Source of the DNA: Sphaerodactylus townsendi
Taxonomy: Eukaryota
Direction of reading: 5' to 3'
NCBI RefSeq assembly: GCF_021028975.2
Contig: NC_059427.1
Coordinates: 114,700,001-114,764,000, forward strand
DNA: 64,000 bases
In this document: piece by piece, positions 50,911-64,000 of the stretch
How the letters are laid out: every line of letters starts with the position of its first letter
Numbering within the stretch: position 1 is the stretch's first letter
Notes under the pieces: generated by a model
Told to the model about the DNA's origin: nothing
What the model saw: only the letters and a program-made list of their open reading frames with translations
Database searches by the model: none
Translations under genes and position numbers: made by a program

Positions 50911-50990
50911 TGGGTGGGGTGGGGGTGGGGGTGGGGGTGGGGGTGGGGGTGGGGGTGGGGGTGGGGGTGGGGGTGGGGGTGGGGGTGGGG
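50911..50990 (+). repeat. (TGGGGG)n tandem repeat with G-quadruplex potential
   Basis: About 12 near-perfect hexamer units. Confidence 0.97.
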
Positions 50991-52012
50991 AGCAAGTGCA
51001 TGCAAATTCCTAAATTTGGATAATTTATTTGACTTTTTTGGTGTTGAATCTGGATCTGTTTTGGGGATGGACAGTAGATAATATTCAGTTCAGGTGACCA
51101 CTGAATTGATTTGTCTAAAGAAGAGCATTAAACTATTTGAACGACCCTTCCTTTTCAGCATTTGGATGAGTCCATTTTCGTCATATGGTTGTCCCATTTG
51201 AGAGTTCTTTCTAAGTGCAGGTTTTCTGAAGCATGTTGGATACTCTATAATATCATTTCTAATAGAAGAGAAAGCTCAAAGATAAATGCAAACCTGGAAA
51301 TCCATTTAGAGTTACTTGTTTTGGTGCAGTGGTTGTTCTATCTGGGTTCTGCTCCTGCTAGGAGACAACAGGCAATCAGTGTGATATGGAGTCCCATAAC
51401 ATGTCACCTACAGGTGAGAAATGCAGTCAACAGTACCCTCTTAACCAGAGTTATAGCCTTCTATGTTCTTTAATGTCAATGCACTGAACACCTGCACTGT
51501 CAAGATACCAGATAGTTCACAAAATGTTAAGGGTGGAAGTAATTTGGGAACATCCATCCCTCACCATATTAATATTTACAAACATTTTAGGTTTTGGGGT
51601 GTGGAGACGGATCAGAATGTCTATAAATTTGTATTTGATCAAGGAATATGGAAATTCATATGAACCAAAGATCCTAAGAATCAAAATGGGTGCTTCTGTA
51701 TAAGTGACTAGAAGCCTGCATGTTTGCAGCAGGTCAAAGGAATGTTAGAAGCTTGCTAGTGACTATGCAGGCAAGCAAAGATAACATCTTTGAGATCTTG
51801 TCACTAAGGGCCAACATGACAGCAGACATATGCATTTTATAACTTTGGGTTAGAAATGAATGTGATTAGTTAAATTAAAAAGTGTTTTTCTATATAGTTA
51901 AATGAACACAGAAATGAGAATGAGAGATTCACATGTATTTGTATTTCACTATAATTCTATTGTTTTAGAATCAGTGTATGTATAATCTTTTAAATGTTTT
52001 AACATTTCAAAC

Positions 52013-52533
52013 TGGGGAATCGAAGGGAAGTTTTATGATCCTAAGGAATGTCAGAATGCTGAATGCCTTAAGGACATATATTTCTCTCTGGGAGCAAACT
52101 TAGAAAAACAGAAGAACAAGTTATTCTTGAAGGCAGAAGCTAGTTTTATTGCAGCCCTTTGCATATGGGCAGAGAGGGCATGCGCTAACAGCATGAGCTA
52201 AGGAATGTAACAAGTAGAATAAGAGGCTGTCTTACTGTGACCAGGAGACAGATCTATCCAATGGGATTTTTAAGGTACATGCTTGTAGCACGTGAAAGAG
52301 GTATGGATTATGTACGTAAATCTTATGATGATGATTGTGTGACGTCTGTATTTTGTGTCTATAAAAATTGTATGAAGGGTGTGCCACTTACCCTTAAGGG
52401 GACACCCTGGTCAGATACTTATGCTGTCCAGTAAACTTATCTTCTGTCTCAAAACTGTTTCTTGGGTGTTTTCTAACTTAGTCTTAAAACTAATTCAGCT
52501 GTGTAGGACCAGAGACGCTGTCCTGGCCCCACA
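52013..52533 (+). mobile_element. Probable solo LTR
   Basis: CCAAT (52258), TATAAAA (52359), AGTAAA (52429) in U3-R-U5 order; ends CCCCACA. Left boundary and TSD uncertain. Confidence 0.6.
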
Positions 52534-53280
52534 GGGGGTTATTGAAATGTCCTATTAACTCATTTGAGATTCTGGTGATATGAAGATTTTTTTAAAACTA
52601 TGAGGAATGTAATTTTTAAAAATCCTATATATACAAAATAAATATAACTATATATGGCATATGGAAATGCAGCATACATATGGAAATATTTGTTTGAGTT
52701 TAAGGAACATTTGCTTTCTAGGGTAAAAAAGTTATTTAAGATGCTCTACATTAAGTGTAAAAGGACCAACCAAACTATAATGAATTCTTGTTCCTTAGGC
52801 TGAAGGCGGTGATTGGTTTAATACATGGCTAGGGTACATTCTTGCCCTCAGACTGAAGCAGTCCACTGTTCTGTTGGCCACCTGTATAAAGGAGCAGTCA
52901 CAACAACAAAGCCCCAATAATTAAAAATAATTGTACAGATTAATCATTCCAGCCACCTGCCTCAGAGCTATAAAGAGGTTTTAAGCCTAGATATTTAACA
53001 GCTGAACAAGATGAAACAATAGAAATAGCTGCTAATTCCTTCCCTATGCCTTCTCACTCAAGTTTCAACCTTTCCAGCACAATCCTTAATAGTCTATTCA
53101 TTTCTGGTTGATCAGTTAGTTGGGTATAATTATAGGCAGGGATAGGGTTAATCCATTATAGTTACACTACAATGCTAAGCTGTTGACTTCTCCCTGCGCC
53201 CTCTTTTTAAAACATGTGGCATTCTGTATAAAGCCTGCGGCATCAGACACTGCAAATATACTGTTTAGGTAGTCGGCATA

Positions 53281-53531
53281 GCCTTATTCACAAGTTACAG
53301 TGAACACATGTATAATCCATGTACAATTTATACTAGATTTTTTTAAAAAATCATGTTGAATAATTTTCATGTTATGGTCAACATATGTACAGTTGAACAT
53401 GTGAAACAAACCCCACATTTTCCACGTAGTGGCCCGCAGTTTCAGTTGCAACATGAATGTACATTACTCCTTTCTACAAACAGTTGAAAAAGCAGAATGT
53501 ACATGTGTTCAGTGTAACATGTAAACAAGGT
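53281..53531. mobile_element. Old MITE with ~31-bp TIRs
   Basis: CCTTATTCACAAGTTACAGTGAACACATGTA vs TACATGTGTTCAGTGTAACATGTAAACAAGG. Confidence 0.8.
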
Positions 53532-55975
53532 TTGTATGTTTGGTCTGCCTGGTTAGTATATTTCAAACCAACAAAAATTCAAACTGCATTTAACTTTTAT
53601 TTTGCACATCCTTTTTCTACACATTGTCACTGATATGAAGTTTATGTGCTTCTTTCAAGACAGCATAAGAACAATTAAGTTGAACAAGCTTATGGTCAGA
53701 GTTTCTTCAATGACCCAGGGCAAAACTCAATAAGGTATTTAAATGTGGGGCAAAGATTGTTTACAAAAGAAGATAAAGTCAGAGAGGAAAATACTCACAA
53801 CAGCTGTTGCAATACAGCTAAGGAAAACACTTTTATAATGATTATCCAAAGTTATTAGCTCATTTTAAGGTAAATGTTTCTCCCCTTCAAAGTATCAACA
53901 GTCTCTACTTTCCTACAGTTTCTACTTTCGGGTGACTGAAAAGGAGCAAAAAAGAGATAGCAAAACACTGAAGTAGGTTTTTTTTCCTATTCTTCAAAAC
54001 GTATTTTTGCACTTTTAAACTTAAAATACAGGCATTGAAATTCATGTTAGAGTCTCACACTCTGCTGGAAAGTAAACTGAAATCACATTAATAATTCTGC
54101 ATATGCAAATCTTATACTAAATGTACAATCCTCCTCTTAACATTCTGCCATAGAATACTTCTCAGCACTGATCATTTCCAGTGTCAATTCACAATGCAGA
54201 TCGGGACATGCTCAGTACAAACCAGGCTTTTCATATCCATTTCAAACCCACTTACAGTATAGCCAAAAAAGAAAAAAACAAACCCCGCCCTTGAATCAAA
54301 ATTAACCTGAATAAATGAAACAAGGATTATACACACTGAAATTTACCATCAGAAACTTTTCTAATGAATGCTAACCACAGCTATACAGGGTTTATCTGTT
54401 TCAGTCTCTCTTGTGCATAACTAGTGCAAAGGAAGGGGCTAGCATTACTAAAGCAATTTAAAAACACATTTTAATAACACTACATTTCAAGCTGCCCCTC
54501 CCTCATTGACAGAGCCATTGAAGACATCCATGAAATTATGAAAGATGCAAATCCTTTATCAACAACTTGCAGTTGTTGACGTATAAGACCCTTCAAATGT
54601 AAATAAATCAAAATGCTGCATTCCAGAGGGAAAAAAATTAAAAATGCCAAAACAGCATTTCTTGGTAGATAAACAGCAGTGACATTGCCTTTGTAAGGAT
54701 CCCAATAATTGGTTTGCTCAACCAGGGCATCCTTTGATGCACTTCTTTAAGTTTTAACAAGAGAGAAGAGAAGAACCAGGATTTTGATTCCAACCACGCA
54801 AACCAGAAATGATCACCTGCCATTTTTTTCAAACTATTTCCTTTTAGGGTAAATTAACATCTGACTAGACAACAAAAGCGTTGGACAGGATCCTCTTCCT
54901 AAAAGTTCAAGAAAGTAACGTACCCACAAAGGCCCTGAACACAAAAACAAAAGAAAACAAAAAAAGCCTCTTATTCTCTGAGTTTTACCAAATGGGGAAA
55001 ATTCATGGAAAAAAAAGAAGGGAAGACCCTGATCCCCAGAAATGTTCCTGTCTGCTGGTTCCCAGAGATAAGAAGGTGATATTTCACTGTTTGACACTAA
55101 TCATATTTGGGCATATTAAATAAGGATGGTCCAGAGGCTTTATGTAGCAGGCATATTCCAAGTTCAAAGCCAGAACTCGTTACTGTATTTTTAAAAATCC
55201 TCTTAACTCAGAAATATGAGACAAAGGAGAAAAGAAGAAAGCGCTCCTGGGGAAGGAAGGGAAAGAAGAAGTGTCATTATCCCTGTTTTGTTCTCCCCAT
55301 CCAAGCTTGTCAGTGGCAGTGAGTGGAATAGTTTATAGGTCACCGAAGGAAGGGAGGGAGACCACCCACTCAAAGTGAGACTATGCAATACCATCATCGT
55401 TGTAGCTGCTCTTGCCTCTTTGTATTCACTGCCTCCTGTTAAAGAAGTTAAAACATAACAGGGCAATGGAAAAGCTATTAGGGAATGGTGCTAATTCACA
55501 CCGGGGAACAAGAACTATTAGTAAAGCTCTCCTGCTGCTGATGCCTGGTTATACCCCTTTCTTCTTAACCTTAAACCTACAGAATAATAAGTTTACCTCT
55601 GAAGTTGAAAACAGGTGCTCTGTTACTGATTAAAGTGATTTGTTGACTCTAGGAGCCATTTTACACATTAGGTTTTCAAGATATTTTAAGTGTACACCTA
55701 AAAATGCAAAGCGTGATTGTAACAAACACATGATTGCAAACTCAGATATCATGCAAGTACGCTCAACAGGAACTGGGATTAGCTGACTCTCCCAGTTAAG
55801 TTTGTGCATTGTGGCAAACACAGGTTTACTTCTCAGTGCCGCAAAGGAATGCAGCTGGGTTTGAAAGACTGGAATTCAACTTTAAAAACTTAGCCTTTGC
55901 TTGGACAGAAATTTTGTTAATTAAAAAAAATCACAATTCTACATGCTATAGAATTAATGTATATACAATTACTTG

Positions 55976-56200
55976 CTTGGGGCCCAGATTAATGTTTTTG
56001 CAATTGCAAGGATTTCTCCTCATGGATCATGATTTTCCTGCCTCTCTCTCCACACAGCAGTATGAAATGCCCTCTTAAATCTTATTCCTGGGGGGGTCCC
56101 CTCCAAGAATAAGATTACAGGGGACATTTGGGGCTGCTGGGAGCGGGGAGCCATATTCTGTGAGTTGAAATCCTTGTGCTTATGGAAACATGGATCCAAG
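55976..56200. mobile_element. Old fully palindromic MITE
   Basis: Centre AATCTTATTCCTGGGGGG..CCCTCCAAGAATAAGATT; arms CAAGGATTTC / GAAATCCTTG; ends CTTGG / CCAAG. Confidence 0.7.
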
Positions 56201-56791
56201 CAACTATTTTGTTACAGGACAGAGTTGGCTCAGAATTTGACTAAAGGAAGCTACTCTGTTTCAATTATGCCCTTAAATGTTCATTTTATTGTCATATTGC
56301 ACTTTTGCTCAATTGGAGCATGAAGCAAGAAGGAGAAGTGGTTTTGGCACCTTTTGGATGCTTTTTTTTTTGTCCAATTAGAAATCTGTCTCCATATTAT
56401 ATGTTCTGGGCAGTGTTGGTTACATCAAACCTCTGACTACTGTACTTCCTTGATATATAGGAATGCACCAGTGAAATGTGGAAAACTCATATGTGCATTT
56501 CTATGCTCTCACAAGAAACAATGCTGTCGTTTTTGAAATCACAGAAAACCAATTGCACTAATGTTTGATAAAGGAATTAAGGCTTTCCTGGGAGTATCCC
56601 CATTAAATGAAATTTGGCTTACTCTGAATAGGATTGTCCTCTATTTTTTTCAGCTGGCCAAATTCTCCCCCAGCAAGTTATACACACAAATCAAGATAGG
56701 AATATGCTTGCATTACTCCACAACAAGAGAAGCACAATATAGTATGATATAGTAGAGAAGTATGATATGATATAGTAGCCTATATTACATA

Positions 56792-57738
56792 CCGTGTTTC
56801 CCCGAATATAAGACAGTGTCTTAGGCCGTTTCCGCACGGACAAAAGGAGCGACGCGGGCGATGGCCATTAAGTAAATAGCAACGCGCAATCCGCGAAAAG
56901 CCGCTTCGCGACAGATTATACGGAGCTGGCGTGGCATCAGGAGCCCCGCAGAAATGTGACAGATTACATACGACGAAGCGCGTTGCGGAAGCAGCGTCTC
57001 GCCATTCGCTCCGTTAGCAGAAGCTGCGCGCTTCGCCTTGAGAAGCAGCGCAATTGGCTGACGTGACTGCTCTGATGTCCTGCCCGTCCCCCATCTGTCA
57101 TTGCCTCCCCTCCCAGCTACTGTCAGTCCCAGTTCATGTTACCTGTGAGACCAGAGTGTGTATGGGCAGCCACCATCTGCGCAGGCGACATGGATCTGGG
57201 AAAGGTGCTTGACCATGGAGGGAAATCACCAGGGACAAACGTGGGGGGGGGGACGGTGACCAAGCTTGGCCTTTTGGCAGTCGCCATTGTTGGGAACGGC
57301 TCCATGGCGGCGGTTCGCACGACTGCGGCATTGGTGCGTCACATGTGGAAAAAGAGCGCTTCGAAGCGTTTTTTTAATACGGCGTCTTTGCGCCGATTAA
57401 GCGTTACCAGCGACCGGGCAGCTGACTAAGCGGCGACTCTCCGCCGCTTATGCGTCGCGCTAACTGCACTTCCTCGCTCTGACGTTTCTTTTCCCGTTTC
57501 CACGACATCATATTTCGCCCGTGCGGAAACGGCCTTATATTAATTTTTGCTCCCAAAGATGCGCTATGTCTTATTTTCAGGGGATGTCTTATTTTTCCTG
57601 TGTTCTGTTTGTTGGGCATGCTTCCAAACAAAAACTTTGCTATGTTTTAGTTTCGGGGGATGCCTTATATTTCGCACTTCAGCAAAACCTCTACTATGTC
57701 TTATTTTTCGGGGATGTCTTATATTAGGGGAAACAGGG
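56792..57738. mobile_element. Tc2/pogo-like (Tc1-mariner superfamily) MITE interrupted by a Harbinger-like element
   Basis: TIRs CCGTGTTTCCCCGAATATAAGACA / TGTCTTATATTAGGGGAAACAGGG, TA on both flanks, internal TGTCTTATTTT repeats. Confidence 0.9.
56824..57534. mobile_element. Young PIF/Harbinger non-autonomous element (711 bp)
   Basis: Perfect 16-bp TIRs GGCCGTTTCCGCACGG / CCGTGCGGAAACGGCC, perfect TTA TSD, very CpG-rich. Confidence 0.95.
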
Positions 57739-58854
57739 TATTACCTCCACCTGATATGTTAGTCTGCACTTTATGCACTTACTAATTTGATAGCATTTTA
57801 GTATTCCTCAAAAACAATATTCTCATATAGAAAGTGGCAGCTTCCTGAAGCTGACCCTTTGGTCTCCAAAACAGCAGCATATCTCCCTTGAATGCATATT
57901 GCAGTGATGGCTAGCAAAAAATACATTCATTCCTTTCCCCCAAAGATCAACCATTGCATCAGCAAGCCCATTCCAAAATGACCACTGTGTGGCTCATAAG
58001 TGTAATCCTCTCAAAAGTGATTTTCCCCTCCTATCTACCTAGATAGATATCTTTTAGTGTGTTTGCCACACATTCATCATGTCCATGTGGGCTGTGTGGG
58101 GCCACAGATCCAGGATCTTTTTCAGCTGTGCTTCAGACACTTCTGAATAAACTAGCCAAGTGAAGAAAAAAACACTGCCACTTTCTTGTTCCCCTTACAT
58201 TCTAAGCCTCTCTATAGCTCCTCAACAGTTCATTTCTCCGGCTGCAGGCAATCTGTGTACATGATATATCCTGCCATGCCTCTTTGATTGTCTTACAATC
58301 CTACCCATCGAGTAGAAAATTGGTTTTACCAAAGCCCCTGCCTACAGCAAGCTGGAATGTTAGGGATGAGATTAAAAGGGATTATGTCTTACTTCCTTAT
58401 AATGAGGACTGATAGCAGTCACAAGCATTGCCTCAATATGTTTTCCATTTCAGAGCAGTTATTATGCAAACCCACTGTCACCTCTTATTCTTAGACATCC
58501 ATGCCAACTTCTCAGAAAGTAGAAGTTTTGAGAGGTGTGACATTTGCCTCAAATTAGCATTTTATGTTGATTCTTTATTACAGTAAGACATGTGCCTTTA
58601 ATGTTTGGTTGTTCCTAGCACTTTGTGCCTTTCTGCAGAAAGAGTTCTATGGTGGCATGCAGAACACAACGAAACATGAAACTGAAGTAATAGATCATTA
58701 CAGAGAGTCTTTACATTCAAGTGACCTTTGCTGTGAGGGATGGCTTACCTTTGAAAAGCTGTTTAAGGAGATGTTTTATAAAAACATTTTAACTTACAAA
58801 TGTAGCTTTGCAAAACTGAGGAGAAAAGGCGTGTTAGTATTGTAGCAGGCATAT

Positions 58855-58871
58855 TGCCACAAGGTGGCCAC
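58855..58871 (+). promoter_or_regulatory. Candidate CTCF motif
   Basis: TGCCACAAGGTGGCCAC resembles the CTCF core; motif match only. Confidence 0.4.
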
Positions 58872-61800
58872 ACTGGAAACACTTGCAGTTGAAAAACGTG
58901 GCCTCTACTGCAGTCATAACATGTAATGTAAAACCAGAAAGGAAGCAGGAGGCTCTCCTGTGCTCCAAATTATCACAAAAAAGCTAGTTTTATTACTCAC
59001 CTTTTGAATTCCTTAATTTTGGAATAGAATCACTTTAATTTCATATGAACTTCTACATTATTTGTGTTAGCAAATACAGAATTCTGAATTCAATTGATTC
59101 TGCTTCATTCAGAGTTCAGCAGACCAATTCTATGACCTACTGAACATTCTAAAACTGGTCCTGAGAATCTCGAAACTGGCATAAAAATAAGACCATTGTT
59201 TTTGTGTTAGCTTTACAGCCACTATGCAGTAAATATTGTATCCCAGTCACTATATTATGTTGTTTTACTATGAATCTTGGCTGTTAAACAGTCAAATGTT
59301 GTCATATTTTGTAATCAGTCAGCTTGCTGACTGACTGAATAGCTTTATTTGGAGCAGTCCATCAATTGGTTCTGAAGAGAATTTCAGTGGAAATGACATG
59401 GAGGTCTATGGGTGTGGCCTCCTCATTGGCTTGTTTACATGAGGGAATGAGATCAGTTTTATGAATAGAAGCTGCAGAAAACCAAAGAGTGTTCCTTCAG
59501 TTAACTTCAAAGAGAAAAATTTCTAAGAACGTTTCTAGATAGGAAGAACAAACTATGTTTGACCAACTGTCCTAAAATCACTTTAGCACAATTTAGGCTA
59601 GCAGTATAAAATCCTGGCCCTGCATTACAACGCAAGTGGGTTAGCCTTGCTGGGAAGAAACTACACTTGCTTCTTATAGGACTAGATGTGTTTAATTTTG
59701 AACATGTTTTGTGATGTATAGGCTAGCTCTTGAAGGGAGATGCACTCAATTTAAAAAAAATATTTCCTTTTCTGCAATAAATAGCTTGATACAAACTGAA
59801 AATATAACTTAGGTTTTAATTTTCTGCTGCTTAATGTGAGCTTTTACCAACTTTCAGTCCCCTCCAATTTTTCATTGGAAAATTACCATATTTTATGACT
59901 AAGACCCTTCACAGTAGATTAGTTAACATTATGTTTTTATTAAAACCTAAGTTAATATCCTAATTTCCTGAAGAAGGTTTCTGGGGATTTAGCGTTCTTT
60001 TTCTTTCTTCTGAAAGACCTTATCTATAACTGGAAAAACACCCAACCATAGCTGAAAGGTTTATTCGGCCTCCTATGGTTAACCCTTTGGGGGGCCGTCA
60101 TCATGCAAATATAGGAATGCCAGATTTACATGATTCTTGGGTTTCAGCAGCTTTACATTTTGCTCTAGATAACAACCACTTCTAAATACCTCTAAAGCAA
60201 GCTTCAGGAGTCTCATAAATATGGTGAAAGAAGATAGCCAAAACCAGGGCTGGCATGAAAATCTCACATCTATCACCTACAAAACCTGTGCTCTGATCAT
60301 AGTGATGTGACATAGGACATAGTTAGTGGTCACTAAGTGGAGAGAAAAGGCACTCTGTGAATATTTATAAACTCTACTTCATATGATCTGTGGCTTAAAC
60401 ATTACATTGCAAATACATTCTAAGCTAAGCTCTGACAAACCTTCATAACTTACCCTGTAAGGATGTTTAAATTCATACTCTAGTCAGGTAATAATATGTG
60501 AACTTCCCCCTCCACAAAAAAACAGTATCTAGTTATCAAAATAAGACATAATCCACTAACTGGCACATCTCTGACAAACTTCCATTCCTGTCAATTGATC
60601 TGGCATGAATGTAACATTGGCTGGATTATGCTGCTGTTTCTATTTAAATATCTAAATATTAATGTCAGGATTCAGTAAGTAAACATATCACAGCTCTAAG
60701 TCGTCTGCAGAACCAGAAAAAAAGAAATTTAATCCAAGGAGTGCTGCTGTCAGAGTACCAAATTGCTGAAGGTCACATCTATGAGCTACTGAAAACATCT
60801 GTTCAAAAGCTTTCATAGCCTGGCCAACCTCTCCTAAGTTTCTCTAGTTTCAGTTGCTCATGCCAGATGATATGAAAAGAACTGAAGAAACAACACCCAA
60901 GCCAGGTCTGCCAGTTCGCAATACGTAGTACAACAGCGAAGAGAAATAGTCACCCTACCAGTGTATTATTTCAGCACATGGATGCAAAGGTAAATTGAAG
61001 ATGAGATGGTTCCTTGCCACAAAGCATATTTAGAGTTACGCACAAATCCATATTGCAGAAGAAACAAGATGGGCTGTACCTTACAGAAAGCAGAGCTCCA
61101 TATAACTCAAGCAGATAAGCAAGCATATTGCTTGCGTGAAAAGTATTAAAAAGTAATCAGCAACATTGGAAAAACAACGATATGTGTTTGTTATGGGGCT
61201 TGTGGACTAAACCTAACCAACATTACTACGATAACCACTAACCTCAGGACCAGTCGCTGGCAGTCCAAACACGCTCCTCACCAAGAGATGCAAATATGTT
61301 CCCTTGCCCATCCAGACCTGCATACATATAGCACATAACATTACTTACCAGAAAGCATTGCCTTACCATTGCAGACAGGCAGGACAAAACAATATAAAGG
61401 AGGGGGAGAAAAGGCCCTCTGCTGGGCCAGTTTGAAGAAGTGGAATGATGCTTCATTCTTTGCCCTTACATTGGACTGTCCAATTACTGATGGTCAGTTA
61501 CTCTAAAGAAGGGGTTTGTAGCAGCAGAATCAGTTCCTCCACAATAGGAAACTCTGAAGCTGACCTCAGAAGACAATGCAAGATGTGCCTGGAGAATCAG
61601 CCTATACTAGAGTTTGCCTAGTCATATTAAATTTTACTCTAGTGGAGGCTCCAGGGAAGTCTCAATCAAACCATTAAGATGGCTGGAGCGCTGCTGTTGA
61701 CTTCTGCTTACCAGCAGAATTAGTCTGGGAATATTGTTTCACTAGAAACAACTGCTGGGTTTCTAGATGAAGGCTAGAGTGTCCTGACATCACCTACGTC

Positions 61801-62782
61801 CTTTGTATTGCTTTTTTATTCTTTGAGATTTTTGTCCTCATGCACAGAAAGCAAGTTGGAGACCATTCTGTTGTTCAGCATTTTGCTGAAGATCTCATAG
61901 GTATGAACATTGCATTTGCACATGGCTTTTCAGCACTACTGACGGTGTGCATGTTTGTCTACCTCCAGATCCCAGAAAAAATATTTATCATGGAACTGGC
62001 CAGTGCCCAGAATTTGTCTTAACCTCCAGTGCTGACCTGCTCCTGCACTACATTTTTAATTAACCTTGAAACATCAAAGAAGGGTATTTTCTCCAACTTC
62101 AAGCCATATTTTTTAAGAATGACGACAGGCTAATTAAGTTAATTCTTAAGACACCTCTTTGCGAGATGAGGCTAAGGTTGGCTTCCTCTTCAATGTGCAG
62201 TGATGGGCTGATTAAAAAATAATTACTACTTTGCCAAGGACAAGTACATGAAGTTAATTAAAAGAATAAGGTATACCCTTAATGAAGCTCATTGGATTGT
62301 ACTTTGCAGTCAAACCCTTGCCTCAAAACTTAAGTACAATTTGTCTCTTTCTTAACACATGTTTGGGGATTAAATATACACATGTGCAGTGATATTCTTT
62401 CTTCCTGCATAACTCTTGTCATGCATTTGGGACTTTTGTTAATCATCATCAGTTGATTAATATAACCATCCACTAGCAGGCCAGCAATAACTATTTGATA
62501 TTGTTCTATATTGATAGTTACGGCATCTTCTGATCTCACTGGAGAACATTGACAATGCCTGTGGCAGTGTTAGTACAGTAGCGAATACGAGGGCAGAGAA
62601 CTCAGAATGCAGAGCTGTGGAATGTCTCTGATTCCCGTTTTGCTAAGCCATTGTGTTGCTGAGTTGTGGTGTTGCTGCCAAGAGTTGCAGGTGCCCAGGA
62701 CCAGTAATTTTGATCTGTAGGGAGCCCAGTCCCAGTGGCCCAGGGCTGGTGGCAGCCCCCCCCCCCCGCCAGACTAAACAGT

Positions 62783-63300
62783 TTATTTGTGTGTTTGTTT
62801 GTTTGTTTGTTTATTAGTTGAATTTATTATACCGCCCTATCCCCTAAGGGCTCTGGGCAGTGTACAGTTTAAACAAACACATCCATATACCCCAATAAAA
62901 ATATATTACATTTCAGTTAAAACACTTTAAAACATCCAGTACCTCCAACACACAAACCTAACCAACAGTAGCAGCAATATCAGTAGCCCAGTCATATGGC
63001 AGTCGAATCCGAAGTAATTCCAGGTGGAAAAGTATATAGGGATGGCACCACATCGGCCGGGGGCACCAGTGGCAAAGACCACAGTGCGGGACGAGTGGCA
63101 AGGGCTCCTTCACGGCAGCAGGTACGAAAAGATGGTGGTGGGGGTCTCTTTGGCAGCAGTGAGCCAAATGGGAGGGAGTCAGTGGCAGAGACTCCCCCGC
63201 AACAATGAGTGCGAGGTCCACCACAGTGGTATGAGCAAGTACAAGCCGGTGAGAGGAGTATTTTACACTAAGGAGCAAGGAACCGAGTGACAGGGAGCCG
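62783..63300 (-). mobile_element. L2-type 3' end with (TTTG)n/(TTTA)n tail
   Basis: ATACCGCCCTATCCCCTAAGGGCTCTGGGCAGTG, same motif as 36433; distal boundary uncertain. Confidence 0.6.
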
Positions 63301-63539
63301 GTGGCAGAGGCTTTCCCGCAGCGGTAGATTTGACTTCCAATAATAGTGGAGATGGACTTTCATGAACTGGCTTGTACTGACTGTGATTGTGATTTTCAGC
63401 AGACTATCAGCAATGGACTAAGTAACGAGGGTTGGTGGCAGAACTCCCCGGCAGATTGGTCGAGGGAGCGGAGACCCTGGCCTCTTTCGTTCTGGGCTTC
63501 TACACTATTACTCTTTTTCTACCCTTGCTTAGTGTAGTG

Positions 63540-63669
63540 CAGGGGTAAGGAACCTGCGGCTCTCCAGATGTTCAGGAACTACAACTCCCATCAGCCTCTG
63601 TCAGCTGGTAGGGGCTGATGGGAATTGTAGTTCCTGAACATCAGAAGAGCCGCAGGTTCCCTACCCCTG
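63540..63669. mobile_element. Palindromic hAT-like MITE (130 bp)
   Basis: CAGGGGTAAGGAACCTGCGGCTCT / AGAGCCGCAGGTTCCCTACCCCTG; TSD GTGTAGTG / GTGTAGTT (7/8). Confidence 0.92.
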
Positions 63670-63710
63670 GTGTAGTTAATTATTGGGAGTATAGGCTACT
63701 TGGAACTTGG

Positions 63711-63941
63711 AGTTTTCCTGTACTTGTGAGTTAATTAGTTTCCCTTGTATCTTGCTAAGGATTGTAGTTATCTTTCTTTGTACACTGTTAGGAATAGAGG
63801 TAGGATGGGTGTAGCCAAACTTAGAGCTGTTAGTTTTCCTGCACTTGTGAGTTAGTTAGTTTTCTTTGTATTTTGCTAGGGATTGTAGTTATCTTTCTTT
63901 GTACATTGTTAGGAGTAGATGTAGGATGGGTGTAGCCAAAC
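63711..63941. repeat. Tandem duplication with ~121-bp period
   Basis: AGTTTTCCTG..GTAGGATGGGTGTAGCCAAAC at 63711-63820 and 63832-63941. Confidence 0.92.
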
Positions 63942-64000
63942 CCTTTTTGAGTAACTAGATAGGTTATCTTGTAGTAGTTATAGTTAAATGTGGGGTAATT

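Noticed and set aside
50802-51005. (PH)n protein or telomere repeat
   Set aside because: Translation of (TGGGGG)n; the unit is not TTAGGG.
56824-57534. CpG-island gene promoter or 97-aa ORF
   Set aside because: CpG richness is bounded exactly by transposon TIRs and TSD.
60853-60989. Exon-like segment between TTTCAG and GTAAAT
   Set aside because: All three frames contain stops; no other support.

Overview
Vertebrate nuclear DNA, most likely a squamate reptile and probably a gecko (inferred from tRNA-headed (CTT)n-tailed SINEs, a 5S/RTE-tailed SINE, SPIN-type and other hAT MITEs, and squamate-type L1/L2/CR1 relics). It is AT-rich, CpG-depleted and has two scaffold gaps. I recognise no intact multi-exon protein-coding gene; the ORF track is almost all chance ORFs or decayed LINE fragments, so this reads as a large intron or gene desert. 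Well-supported content: a complete non-autonomous Helitron (8721-9731), hAT MITEs with perfect 8-bp TSDs (3918-4559, SPIN-like 12610-12795), a solo LTR with a 5-bp TSD (15606-15912), several PIF/Harbinger-like MITEs, a Tc2/pogo-like MITE and several nested insertions. The most interesting signals not explained by recognisable repeats are two long stem-loops (5739-5986, 22018-22230) whose non-Watson-Crick pairs are mostly G-U on the + strand; the first encloses a possible 21-nt microexon. There is also a candidate + strand first coding exon (49956-49976, MDTRTKE) and a direct-plus-inverted triplication (30483-30635). These are hypotheses needing conservation and RNA data. All family names come from memory of consensus features, not from a database search.
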